A stretch of 62,824 nt of DNA, counting the filler, from Kipferlia bialata (Eukaryota): assembly GCA_003568945.1 (NCBI GenBank). It is 4 parts of 3 records of this genome, joined end to end, with 100 filler letters (N's around TTAATTAATTAA, not from the genome) between each part and the next. Parts side by side here need not be neighbours in the genome. Positions count along the whole stretch, not along the records: positions 25,324 to 52,061 come from BDIP01000181.1; 3 more parts are not named here. One strand, 5' to 3'. The position numbers were made by a program, and so were the translations under genes. Below the pieces are notes generated by a model. That model had not been told where the DNA came from. It searched no databases and saw only the letters and a list, made by a program, of their open reading frames with translations. Below, piece by piece: positions 37,683 through 52,161 of this stretch. How positions within the stretch are numbered: the first letter of the stretch is position 1; every line of letters starts with the position of its first letter.

Positions 37683-39085
37683 TGTACCTGGTGCATGTTG
37701 CTGGGTAGTGGTGGCAGGCTGGTCTCAGAGACTAGGATAGGGGTGCTGTACTCACTCACAGGCACTCCCTCCCCCTCTACACCCTCTACCCCCTCTATGG
37801 ATGAGTGCACTATGTCGATGCTCTCCCAGGCACCGGAATCAGACACCTCTACCTCTCCCTCTCTCTCTGACTCTACCTCTGCCCCTACCACAGATACACT
37901 GGGTGGGTACGGTCTAGCAGGACCTGAACCCTCACCCTCTGTATCACTGTCTGTGTCTGTATCACTCTGTCTCTCAGGCGATGGCTCACCTAGATACCTA
38001 GGGGTGCCTGTGATGCTCATGGATGAGGTAGTGGTGGAGGCCTCTCCCCCTTCCCTTCTTTCCCTCTCTCCCTCTACCACAGCAGGTGTTGCAGTACTGG
38101 ATGCAGTGGGTGTTGGTGCAGGTGCTGTGAACCAGTCATCAGCCACAGCATCCTCCTCCTCCCTCTCCCTCTCCCCCTCTACTGCACCCTGTCCACCCTG
38201 GGCTCTCTCCAACTCTGCAAACTGCCTCTCTATCATAGCAATCTCTGCATCCTCTGCATCCTCATCAGTTAGGGGGGCAGGGGTGGGCTGGGGATTAGTA
38301 ACCATTATCCATGCATACACATATTGATATATAAGTACCTATCTCACACCTGTCTAGCTGCCTGTGCCCTGTGCAGTGTCAGTATCAGTATGCATCAGCT
38401 GTGCATATTGGTATATTACATATATATAAAAATATACCCCCACCTGTCTAGCTGCCTGTGCCCTGTGTAGTGCCCTCCTAGCCCTGCCAGTGCACATCAG
38501 CTTGCATAGCCTGGGGTTAGTAGGCATATAGATACGTCATATATATATATAAATAGTAGTACCAGTGCACATCTTCCTGCCCAGCCTGGGGGAAGAGAGG
38601 CATACAATAACACTGTAACCGGTACACAGTACCAAGAGTATACATGCATATATGCACATATGTAATAATAATAGTATTGGCATACCTGATACTACACCCC
38701 ACGCATATCCAGCCCAGTCTGACTGTGCACAGTGCCATCAGTGACACAAGCACAAGGAGACAGGGGGTGGACAGAGAGGTTAGGTACAGACCGGTCCTAA
38801 GGTCAGATAGAAATGTGAATAGAAATATTTATAGGTAGACAGATAGTGTGAATAGAAATATATATAGGTAGACAGATAGTGTATACACTATAGAAGAGGG
38901 GTGGGCAGAGAGGTCAGGTACAGACCGGTCCTGAGGTTAGGCGGAGATAGTAATATGTATTAGTATATATAGAGAGAGATATATAGATAGCATATATCAC
39001 AATATAAGAGGGGTGGACAGAGAGGTCAGGTACAGACCGGTCCTGAGGTGAGATAGTTATACATACATATTAGTACAAATATAAC

Positions 39086-39116
<31 letters not shown>

Positions 39117-42100
39117 TATACACACTATGTCACAATATCCGATACCCAATCACCCCTGTCACCAGCATGTACTCCTGGGTGTGGTAGGAGGACAGGTGTA
39201 TATATCCACATATATATACACATATATATGTATATAGTATATCATGTATCACTATNNNNNNNNNNNNNNNNNNNNNNNNNNNNNNNNNNNNNNNNNNNNN
39301 NNATCACTATATATACCGTATGACCCCTGTCACCAGCATGTACTCCTGGGTGTGGTATGACATGTGGTAGAAGGACAGGTGTGTGATGAGGGCAGAAAGC
39401 TCGGGGGGGCGGTTGAGGACAAGGGAGAGCTGAGGGTGAGACGGAGAAGTATATATATAGAGAGCAAGACACACAAATACATGCACTCACATAGTTAGTA
39501 CAGTGCCAATGTATATTAGAATATACCTTCACCATCCAAGCTGGTAGACCACTCTCCACTATGCCCCACATGGCATCAGACACATATGCATATATACACA
39601 TACTATAAATACAATATATATATATATATAGTATCTATACACATACTACACACACCTTAACCATCCAAGCAGGTAGACCACTCTCCACTATGCCCCACAT
39701 GGCATCAGAGACATATGCATATATACTCATATATATACACTATAAATATTATATATATATACTCATACTATACACACCTTAATCATCCAGTGAGGCATGC
39801 CACTCTCCACTATGCCCCACATGGCATCAGACACCTCGTACCCAGTCACGTCAGAGTACCTTAAGGTGAGTGTATATATGTGTATACTATGCTATAGGAA
39901 TCTATAACTATATACATGGCATCAGACACCTCGTACCCAGTGACGTCAGAGTATCTATGGTGAGTGGGGGGTAGTACTTGTATATACCCATACAAATATA
40001 TCTCTTGAGAAACGTACTCAAGGAACGGTGTTGAGGTGGGATAATTCCACATATAAGCACCCATTATCAAACGTGAATATCAAGTATATATACATACACC
40101 TACAATGAACTAGATTGTAGTAGGTCAGTACCTCTCTATGGGGTACATCTCGCTGTCCATCAATACCCTCCACGGGGTGTATGTCAGAAGGAGGCCAAGG
40201 TACAGGGCGCTGAAGGGGTCGCCTGGGGATAAGACCAGTGAGACATATTACTAACACATATTTAGCGTACACAACCACCCACCGTTGTATGCCCCAGCTG
40301 ACAGCAGGACCCCGACCATCTCTCTCTCCCTCTCAATCACACCGGGCAGAGAGCCAGAGGCCTAACATGGTGAGCAAGGCAAAGATGTCCATAATATATA
40401 TGTACTTTATTCATACACACATATATATACATGCAGAAATATACCTTCATATGTTGCTTAGCGTCACTAAGTGTCACAGTGGGTATGGCATGGCTGTCAG
40501 TGTCATCATCCTCTGCACTGGCTGAACCCTCAAGGGCCTCCAGCCACGTGACATCGTTGCCTGGGGGGAGACGGTGGAAGGTATTTACACACACTAAATT
40601 GCTTCATTCAGCCTGCATATATATATACACATTTCAGATAATGCACCATACGGATTATAAATATACCTTGCACCACAGCACTTAGCAGAGGGTCCTTCTC
40701 CACACTGAGTGCCAGTCTGTATGGGCTGTGGGTGGTGAGGGACAGGGCATCCAGGTGCATCCCAAGGGCTAGGTGTTAGTATGATAGTATGATAGTATAT
40801 ATATAGTAGGTATATATATATATGTATATATATTGATGTATATGGGTGGACAGAGACAGGGCATCCAGGTGCATCCCAAGGGCTACTAGTTAGTGTCAGA
40901 GAACTATGAATACAAGAGTATACATGTGTGTGTATGTAAAGGTACATGACGCCCAGGTGCATCCCAAGGGCTGGGGGTGAGGAAGAAGAGGCGTCGTTAT
41001 GTATCTGTACCCACCCCAGGTATATATACACATCACTACGATAATGTGGGTGGGTATATACAAACATAAACATGTACACACTGTACCTGTCCTTGCCTCC
41101 TGTCCCGTCAGTGCTAGCTGGTGGTGACCATTCCTAGGGTAAGTATTGAGATGAAACATAGGCATATACAATGTATACAATGATTAAGTATGTTAGTGCT
41201 GATCATTCCTATGGGGGTGAGGGATATATAGGAGTATTAGTATACATCAAGGGGATAAATGTAGTATAAACTATAATCTATAGCTAGTGGTGGCCATTCC
41301 TAGGGGGTGAGGGGTATGTAATGATATGGAATAGAGATGCATTTACACTACAAACATATACTCGTAACCATATGAATACCCGTCCGAACAACACTCATAG
41401 AAATGTAATTAACAACCCGATGGCCATCTCCATGCCTGTGCTGACTAATGCAGAGTATTATGCAATACATACGTATGTGTATATATGTGCACCCACTGTA
41501 CACACCTATCCCCGATGGCCATTTGCATGTCTGTGCTGACCAGGGCAGAGTGTCATATGTAACGCGTCATTATACATACATAAATATACATATGAAAATG
41601 TTTGCAAGTACATTGGATATAATGCCCTGGGGGATAAGGGGGTGAGGCAAAGGATATATGGATACATATACTAGAATATATAGATATATCGATAGAAATA
41701 CAAATAGATATAGATACATCCATACCTTGTGAGCCACCACCCTGAGAGCTGTGTCCAGGAGCATGTCCACACCGTCCATCTGAACAGCTGGGGGTGAGAT
41801 AGTGTAATGTATACACTATATATGTACCAATACATAGATATATAACACATATATCAATAATGTCACCATCCATCTGCACAGCTGGGGGTGGGGAGACAGA
41901 GTACTGTACACACTGTGTGTAGCAATAGAAATGAATATACATCCATAATATAATACACAATTCAAAAATGTCCACACCGTCCATCTGCACAGCTGGGGCT
42001 GAGGGGGATAAATACACAAAAACAAACATATACTAATAGAATTGCATATATCTTCTGACTTGGGTCATCACTGGAGAGTGTATCAGCAATATAACTCATA

Positions 42101-45100
42101 CACTGTGGTATAGGTACAACAATACCCCATAGGTATAGGTACAACAATACCCCATATATATATATATATATACCTGGGTCATCACTGGTGAGTGAGAGAT
42201 AGGCATGCACCGCCAGACCACCCAGATGGCCACCCTGCTGGTGAGAAAACAACAATAATACATGTACACACTATAACACAGTTGTACAATTAAAACATAT
42301 GACCACCATTGGGGAGACATGGGATAAGAATATGTAAGGTATAATATGTTGGAGTGAGTAGAGTATATATACCTGCGCTGCCTGCTTGGCTGTGGCTGTT
42401 GCTATCACCCTCAGCATAGGTATGTCATATACATGGTGGACCAAGGGGTTGGAGGGGGAGTAGAGAGAGCGGAGGTCGGCCAGGGGGAGGAACAGGTCCA
42501 TTCTGGGGGTGAGTTTAACACGGATATACATATATAAATGGAAACATATATGTTTGTATGTTAACACACACATCCATGGGACGAACTGGCCCATTCTAGA
42601 GAGTGAGGGAGAATTATGTTCTATATTGACACTATGTCTCCGCACCTGTGCCTGGTAAGTGCACTCGGGTAGAACATGGACTCATACTATATATATATAT
42701 ATATGAGTGTACTGTATATATAAGTATTCATAAGTGCTACTGTACCTATGACTAGTCAAAGCACTCAAGTAGAACATGGACTCACTGGACCCACTCAGAG
42801 TGGCCACAGACAGAGGGGCAATGGCCTGGCTGGCATGTTAATAATACATATATACATATATATGTGTGGATATAATATGACATAACATGTATACTATGTA
42901 TCCACTCAGAGTGGCCACGGACAGAGGGGCTATGGCCTGGCTGGGGTGTTAGAGTACACACACCTACACAAAACCATTTCCACACACCTAGCTCTTGGCT
43001 GCACTGTCCCTCCCGGTCTATGTATCAAATAGTACTATGTGCAATATGTACTCATTCACTGTACATGCATGTAGTGCATACCTAGCCCTTGGCTGCACCG
43101 TCCCCCCCGGCCTGTACCCTATCAGGGACAGGTAGCCCATGCCAGTCAGACCCATGTGGCACCTGGGGTGAGGGGTATGTGTTACATAACATATATAGAG
43201 TCTATCTACTGATGATATGCCAGTCAGACCCATGTGGCACCTGGGGTTAGTATAGTATAGAATGTATACCTGGGGTGGGCATTGCACTATTACACATACA
43301 CATACACTTATACTCACCCTGCACTGGCACTGGCCAGGTACATGACCCTGGCGTGTGCCAGGTCCTTGTCCATGCCCAGTCCCTCCAGGTACATGTGGCC
43401 CAGCATGCCAAACACAACACCCTCCTCAGTGCACTCGACCTAGGTGTTGGAATAGCATATAGTACATGGTATAAGTATATATATATAGTATATAGTATAT
43501 ACACTCTGAATGCCAAACACCCTCCTCAGTGCACTCAACCTGTGTATTAGATGTAGTAGAAAAGTTATATATAGTAAATAGTAAAGTTTAGTGGAAGGTG
43601 TATACTCGTGTAGAACATAGTATTTACGTTCAGTGTGGTCCCACAAGTAGTATAGTAATATACAGAATAGTCTCACCTCTCCCTCCATTCCACCCAGGGC
43701 TGCCACTCCACTGAACAGTGCCTCATGGGTACCCCCAGGCACACTCTATGGTGAGGCATATATACAAGGAGTATATACATGTGTTTGTGTATATGAATGT
43801 ATAGATAGATAGATAGGACATGCCTCATGGGCACCCTCGGGCACACTCTATGGTGAGGCATACACAATACAATTAGACTATTACATATATACATTAACAC
43901 ACATAAGCAAATACACATAAGTATATTCACATATATATATGTTAATATAATGAATGCCAATGGCTGACAGTTTTTCTCTCCTATCTGCTCATATATTTAC
44001 ACATACACATATATATATACATAATGAAACTACTACTATGTATCGACCTATACAATACCAATACCAACCTGCGTGTATGCCTTTCTGCTCATATATATAT
44101 ATATATATATATATAGGTAGTGCGTGTGTGTTAAAGGAAATACTTTTAAAGAGTTACTCATAACCCACCTGCGTGTATGCGTCCCCTATCTGCTCGTATG
44201 TGTAGTAGCGCATGTGACCTGGGACAAGGGGGTGGGGGTCCTGCTTGTAAGGGAATACACGTATACACGTATACATATACATATGTATATATATATTTTC
44301 AATTATATAGGGACAGAGGCTGCATCGTGCACTGTTAGTGTCTACTCCTATTCATACAAGTAATGATTAGAGCATACTAATTACTATATATACATAACCA
44401 CTTAGACCATACCTCGTGCACCGTGAGTGTCTCTGGGGGCACCCCATCCACAGAGGCCAGGACCTGGGCCAGGACCTGGGGGTGGACAATCTGAATCTAT
44501 ATAACAAACTATACTATCATACATAGATGCAAAACACTTGGGCCAGGACCTGGTGGTGGACTATCTATAGATACATACACGGTGTATATATATACCCCAA
44601 TACCTCATCGTATCCGTGCATGTGCCACGGCATCAACCGAGGCATATACACCTACATTTCTATCAAGAGATATATACAAGTATTCATATATATCAATGTA
44701 TATGTATATACCTCATCGTATCCGTGCATGTGCCAGGGCATGAACTGTCCCAGGTGCGAGGTGGCATGGGCATACAGGTCAACTGCTTCGCTGATATGAG
44801 ACATGTACACTATATGAGTATGGTATATCATGGATGTATTGATATATATAATGAGTGGGAGGTGCAATGGGCATACAGATCAACGGCCTCACTGGCTGGT
44901 AAGAGGAGTACACTATACCCATACACACAACGACTACAAAACATATAATATATATAACTAATACTATATATAACTTATATTATATTCTATATTATAACAT
45001 ATATTATATATAACTTATATCATATATCTAGGCGGATGAGCCGAACGATGCATATAATGTGCCAGTTGAGATGTTTACATGTTCTCACTGAGGGAAACAC

Positions 45101-45736
45101 ATGCACAATGTACGAATGATATTTACACATGTGATTTCTTTATCAAAATGTACATAAGCTAGGTTACCCTTACCGTGTGAGTGGGTCCTTTGCCTCCTCG
45201 TACCCCTCTGGCATGGTCCAGCCTGCCAGGGAGGAGCGGGACTCAATCCACCTGGGGGTGGTGTATGAGAGTGTATATATATGGAGAGATGTTATATGGC
45301 ATGACATTGGTGACATCTAGACCCTTATACATGTATTATATAACTACTCACAGTACCTATGTGCCTGTGCCAGTGACACCTCCTCCACCTGGTCCATCTC
45401 TGGCATACACTATATACTAAGTACACACATATATATAGATATATAGATACATACANNNNNNNNNNNNNNNNNNNNNNNCACACATATATATAGATATATA
45501 GATACATACAATAACACACCTATGTGCCTGCTGCAGTGACACCTCCTCCACCATGTCCATCTCTGGCATAGACAACATATACACATATATATACATATAC
45601 TTTTATAGTAACTGTAGTATACCTATGAGCTTGTGCCAGGGACACCTCCTGCACCTGGTCCATCTCTGGCATGGGGTGGGGGGAGGCACCAAGGGCCACA
45701 GTCATCCACTGGGCAGCGGCCTGGGGGTGAGGCACT

Positions 45737-45773
<37 letters not shown>

Positions 45774-46365
45774 AGAATATACAATATGAGAGGAAGAGGG
45801 AGAGATGCACCAAGGGTATCACCCATACCTCCACTGTTGCACCACTTAACAAAGCACAATCTATATCAATCCTATCCTATATGCAACCCATATCACTTAT
45901 GTACACCTCGTGGTCTCTCGTTGCCTAAAAATGCTAGAGAGACAGACCAGTCTCAGCATATACATCAGTATACCCCTACCTCGTGTTCCACTGTTGCCCC
46001 CTTCTTGTATACTTATGCACTTATACATAGATGCATATATATATGTATATATACCTCGTGGTCCACCGTGGCCCCCTTGTACCCAACCAGGGAGGAGTAG
46101 CCTAGGAACCTAGTGGGTAAGCGCATTATCGAATGCAACAAAAAGAAATATATACTAATAAAAAGGTATATGCCCATATATATACTACCCAACCAGGGAG
46201 GAGCCAATGAACCTGGGGGTAGGTGGTCAACTAGTACTAATGATCATTGAATATATAACACAAATATTAGAATTCTCTATACACATTAAACACCTAAAGA
46301 AAATACGATATATATACATACCTGGCCGATGCCCCCTTCATGACCATCTCTGTCAGGTACTGTCA

Positions 46366-46398
<33 letters not shown>

Positions 46399-46471
46399 CT
46401 ATATATACACACACACATATACATATATACCATACATATATACCTTGCTGATGCCTTGTCTCCCTTCATGA

Positions 46472-46511
<40 letters not shown>

Positions 46512-46600
46512 TAATATATATATGTACACATACATATATATATACTATATACATACCTAGCCGATGCCTTGTCTCCCTTCATGGCCATCTCTGTCAGGTA

Positions 46601-46641
<41 letters not shown>

Positions 46642-48711
46642 CATACCTAGCCGATGCCTTGTCTCCCTTCATGGCCATCTCTGTCAGATAGTGACTGCGG
46701 CTGGTGTCATCCAGGGACTCGGCCCTGGGTTAGAAGTATGTAATGTCTATATAGTATGCAAAGTATTAAAACGTATATATTACTGACATATGTGGCTGGT
46801 GTCATCCAGGGACTCGGCCCTGGGTGTGTTAGAAGTATACAATGTTATGATAATATAAACAGAAGAAGAAGAATACTCTCGAAGAGTACGGGGGTCATCG
46901 AGATACTTGGCCATGAAGGGTAAGACGCATATATGTAATACTGTAACAGGTACACTGCCTGCAGAAATACACACACTCGCTTGTGCATTGGTATCTCCAA
47001 TGTATCAATGCATTATGCAATATCATGAATCATGAATGTACATATATCTACACACACCCACTCACTTGTGCATTGGAATCTCCTCCAGCAGCAGCGGCTT
47101 GTCATGCTCAAAGTAGGGGGCGGTGATCTGGGTATTAGATATATACCCTACAGTATATAGAATAGGTGATCTATGGGTGATCAAAGAAGCAGAATGTGAC
47201 AGGGAGCCAGTGATATACTATAAAACCTGGAATTTACATATGACCCACATTTTCAGTCTCCCCTTGAATCCGCTATCACTATACCATCATTGACATAACA
47301 TTGTCTAACCCACTATCACCATGCGTTTCCCGCCTACTGCTACTCACCTGTCTCTCCTTGAATATCCAGTCGTTGATGTCATTCAGATACATGGTCGCAA
47401 CGGAAGGGACCTGGGAGTGAGAGAGAATATAGGTATATGTAACACACGCACTCAATAATTTGTAGACAGAGAGTAAATTAGGATACAGGAGGAAAACTTA
47501 CAACAAACACCATACACACTAGCCATCCACTGCTGTATCCCATTACCACCCACACAAGTGATAAACACAAATATTGAATGTATATACATATACAACAATA
47601 TATACTTGTCACCCACCGTTGTAGCCCCGTACCACCTACATCGATATAGCAATATCATACTAATATATATCATGATGTTAAAATTGGAATAGTAAGAACT
47701 TCCGTACCGTTGTAGCCCCGTACCACCCATAGAGATGAGATGCGGCCAGGGAGAGAGAGGCCAGGTCATGGCCTAGTCTAGTAGGGTAAGAGAGAGAGAT
47801 ACACGCATATATGAATATATAACTATGAGTATAGAGTGAGAGGCCAGGTCATGGCCTAGTATGGCCGGGTAAGATAGAGGAGGACCATATATACATCAAT
47901 ACGTATATATGGGTGTATGTGGGTACAAAGGGGAAAAGGCATGGTAATGGTCCAAGATATGGTTAAACAGTCGAGTATACACTCTTATTCAAACAATAAT
48001 AACACACAGATATACAACATGTACCTGTGCGCCGATGTGAGGTGGGTTAGACCCAGGGACACGTCCTGTACATCACCTGGGGTGGGAAACAGAGACATAG
48101 TCAATACAGAGGCAAAGAGGTAATAGTACACACATGGGATGGGAAACAGAGACAGAGTAGGAGTGTGCGAGAGAAAGAAATAGAGATAGACTAACAACAT
48201 ACCCTGTCCCAGTGTATATAGCAGAGAGAGAAGTATATATATGTATACATACACATGACGCACCCAGTCCCAGTGTATACATCAACCCCAGCAGCATGTG
48301 CAGCTCTGGTATACATACATACATATAGAGTATACACATGAATATAGACACATACATACCTAGCCCTAGTGTGTACATCAGGCCCAGCAGCATGTGGAGC
48401 TCTGCCCTGTCGGACACACTCAGAGGGAGGGGGAGAGGGGCATCAGAGACATCAGTACTGATTGCACTCAGGGGGAGGGGGAGAGGGGTATCAGAGACAT
48501 CAGAGACAGTGTCAGTGTCAGTAGTGACAGTGCTGACATCAACCTCTGTCTCCACATCCATGGGGGCATCAGCATCAGAAGAGGGGTCGTCACTATCTGC
48601 CTCTACGCCTGTATTGGCCTCAGTATCTGTTTGCCTGTCCTGTCTGTACTGGTCTAGCAGGGACTCGGCTAGGTGTCTGGGGGTCAATATACCTGAACAA
48701 TATACCTAAAC

Positions 48712-48744
<33 letters not shown>

Positions 48745-49470
48745 TAGTAAGGATTCGGCTAGGTGTCTTGGGGTCAATATACGTACATAGAGAGAGAGAG
48801 AGACATAGAGGGATACAGGTGGTGACTCAGCAAGGTGTCTGGGGGTCACTGATACATATACAGAGAGGTATACTACCTTTACATACTATATGGTGGTCCC
48901 ATGCCTATATCACTAATGTGTGTATATATATACAGATGTATATATTGTGTATATATACACTACCTACAGTCAGTGTGTCTCATGCTGTCCCATGTATCTG
49001 ACATAGCTATATGTGTCTATACATACCCTAGTATATATAATGTGTACATACCTACACTCTGTGTGCCTCATGCTGTCCCATGCCTCTGTCACGGGGAGTA
49101 TGGGGGAGGGGGGAGGGGGAGGGACATCCTCCTCGGCCTCCTCCAGCTCTGCCTTGGTGTCAATATCAGCCTCAGCCTCTGACACACTCTCCCCCTCATC
49201 ACTGGTCTCTCCTTCTGTCCCCTCCGTCTCATACACAGCATGCTCCTCAGCAACACCCTCAACACCCACGATATCGTCTGTCTCTCCCTCAGTAGGGTAC
49301 GCCGGCTCCTCTCTCTCAACCAGACCCTCCCCCTTTCTCTCTCCCTCTGTGTTGGAGTGAGGGTCATTCACCATGATCTGGGACACATCCTGTCCATATA
49401 CACTGCCACACAGACACAGCAGCAGTCCTACTAACACTACAAGCGGCAGTAGCCGCATAGAGGCCCTCAT
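36270..49470 (-). CDS. SEL1L/Hrd3-like Sel1-repeat type I membrane protein (ERAD), about 30 short exons
   Basis: Signal peptide MRLLPLVVLVGLLLCLCGSVYG, acidic N-terminus, Sel1 repeats (AELHMLLGLMYTLGLG; HYLTEMAMKGDKASAR|FLGYSSLVGYKGATVDHE; FGMLGHMYLEGLGMDKDLAHARVMYLASASAG|CHMGLTGMGYLSLIG), a hydrophobic segment near 38700-38760 and an acidic tail ending EEMDSSEEETE*. That this is one gene over the whole span is inferred. Confidence 0.65.
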
Positions 49471-49660
49471 CCTAGCCTCAACACACGGCGCTAAATAGGA
49501 TACAAGTGACGAGTAGGAAGGGACTTACACCCCTATTCCGTTTTTGCGAGATAATTCCTAGACCCCTTGATGAAAATGTGTTTTTGCAGAGAGTGACCAA
49601 GAGAGACTCGTTGCGATCCGTGATGGATCAGCCTTTAAGAGCCATTATCACCCACTAGAG

Positions 49661-51942
49661 ATGCTTACCAACGCCGCCAGAGCTTTTGGAACCGTCAGGC
49701 CCACCTTCAAGCACCCCTACCTGCCCCACACCGCCGAGTCGAGGGCCAAGGCCATGGCTGTGATTGGATGCAACCGTGACGAGGGCTGTGACCTTTTCAT
49801 GGACATCCCCGGGGAGCTGAGGTGGGTTCAGGCACTGTATAACCGATATTGAGTAATAATGATGGTTATTGACCCCCAGGTGTGACTCTCTGGAGCTTGG
49901 GGAGGCCATGTCTGAGTCCCAGGTCAGTGGTCTCTCTCTCCTGCTCTCAGTCACTCTCTCTCAGTGCTGGTGTAGTCACAGTCACTGTTGTCATATGCTA
50001 GGCCTGTGCTATATTGCTGGATGACATATCAATGACTATATCATACCTCTCTCTCTCTCTCTCTATCTACATGTCATACCAGTACACCCTCTCTATCTCC
50101 CCCCCACCCCAGGTCCATGCCCACTTTGAGGCCATCTCCAACAAGAACATGAAGGCATCGGAGGGACCATTCTTCCTGGGTAGGGATACACATTTATATA
50201 TGTAGTGACATTCATGATTGTTAGTCTCCACTTGTCATGCCGTGTCAATTGTGTCGGTGTCGGTTTGTTTCTACCATATATTGAATATTAGTTACCTTCT
50301 CTCACCCCCCAGGCGCTGGTCTGTACCGCCACCACATCCCCACGCCATTTGTATGTATATATGTATGTATGTAATGCATGTGTATTACTCTCCCTCACCC
50401 CAGGCGCTGGTCTGTACCGCCACCACATCCCCACTGTTGTGGACCATGTGTTCCAGAGGTCAGAGTTCATGACTGCCTACACACCCTACCAGCCAGAGGT
50501 ACATAGCATGAGTGTATATATATGTATGTATAATTGTATATTCATACATATACCATGTGTATACTATCACTATATGTACTACCTCAATATTATATGCATA
50601 TATACATACCCTCACTGCCAGGTCTCCCAGGGCACTCTCCAGGCCACTCTATACATATATGTGTATATGTCAACTGATGCATCTTTGTTCTATGTCTACT
50701 ACCCTCCAGGTGTCCCAGGGCACCCTCCAGGCCCTCTTTGAGTACCAGTCCCTCGTGGCATCCCTCACAGGTATGTACACATAGGGGGATAGAAGTATAC
50801 ATTTATAGTGGGTGTACACTCCCTCTTCGTTGACTCTCTCCCTTCTCTCTCTCTCCCTCCCCCCCACCCCAGGCTGCGATGTGTCCAATGCCTCCATGTA
50901 CGATGGAGCCACATCCACAGTCGAGGTACACATTACTGTTATACCTATATCTGTTTAGATAGACATTCCCTGCCTTCCCCCAGGCAGCCCTCATGGCTGC
51001 CCATACCGTGTGCTTGAATACATAGTATATATTAGTTAGTTCTATTTGTATATATATATTCAATTAGTATGTATACCTTCCCACTTCCCCCAGGCCGCCC
51101 TCATGGCTGCCCGTATCTCCAGGAGGAAGAACGTGCTCATGTCCCCCTCCCTGCACCCCCAGTACTCTGAGGTATATATGTACTATATATTTGTATATTC
51201 ATGACATTTGTGTGTATGTGAAACAGTTGTGTATATATGATGCCTCCCCCTCACCCCCAGGTTGTGAAGACCTTTGTATACATTTTACTTACACTGACAT
51301 ATATATGTATATATTAATGATTGTCTCCCCCTGACCCCCAGGTTGTGAACACCTATGCCCAGGCCTCAGGTGCCATTGTGCCCACCACAGTGGACAGCAA
51401 GGGGTGCACAGACGCAGGTCTCAGTATGTATATACATACTATATATAATGTATATGTATATATAATGTGTGTGCCCAGTAGTATTTTGGATATATATTAT
51501 TATAGTATCCAATATCCTTACCCCCAGGCTTCGATGCGCTGATTGACGCCGTTGACAAGAAGACTGCCTGTGTCGTTGTGCAGAACCCAGACGTATACGG
51601 CAATGTGCACGACATCTCAGCCCTCGCAGACAAGTGAGTGTGTGTGGATTATACTGCATTCATTTGTATATGTATCATCTTGAGTCCCTCTCACCCCCAG
51701 GTGCCACGAGAACAAGGCCCTGCTCGTTGTCACAGTCCCAGACATGGCATCCCTCGGTACGGGTGGTAATGTATATGTATGCATATATATATATATACCT
51801 ATACCTAACCCCCAGGCCTCCTCGCCTCCCCCGGCTCCAAGGGTGCCGACATTGTTGTGGGTGAGGGCGGCTCCCTGGCCTCCCCCATGTCCTTTGGAGG
51901 GCCCCAGCTCGGGTGCTTTGCCACAAAGGCTAAGTATGCCAG
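49661..51942 (+). CDS. gcvPA: Glycine cleavage system P protein subunit 1 (split, GcvPA type), 11 exons visible, 3' truncated
   Basis: YLPHT...[68 protein letters not shown] and [19 protein letters not shown]. Exons 49661-49821, 49880-49922, 50113-50179, 50404-50498, 50710-50770, 50873-50925, 51094-51171, 51342-51417, 51528-51633, 51701-51756, 51816-51942. Confidence 0.93.
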
Positions 51943-51963
51943 GTATACATAGGGTAATATTAT

Positions 51964-51994
<31 letters not shown>

Positions 51995-52018
51995 ATACAC
52001 TATCTATCTCTCTCTTTC

Positions 52019-52061
<43 letters not shown>

Positions 52062-52161
52062 NNNNNNNNNNNNNNNNNNNNNNNNNNNNNNNNNNNNNNN
52101 NNNNNTTAATTAATTAANNNNNNNNNNNNNNNNNNNNNNNNNNNNNNNNNNNNNNNNNNNN
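52062..52161. other. Artificial scaffold linker
   Basis: N44-TTAATTAATTAA-N44. Confidence 0.95.

Noticed and set aside
36400..48300. Numerous YI/VC/RE/SL-rich short ORFs
   Set aside because: Translations of (TA)n, (TG)n and (GA)n intronic microsatellites.
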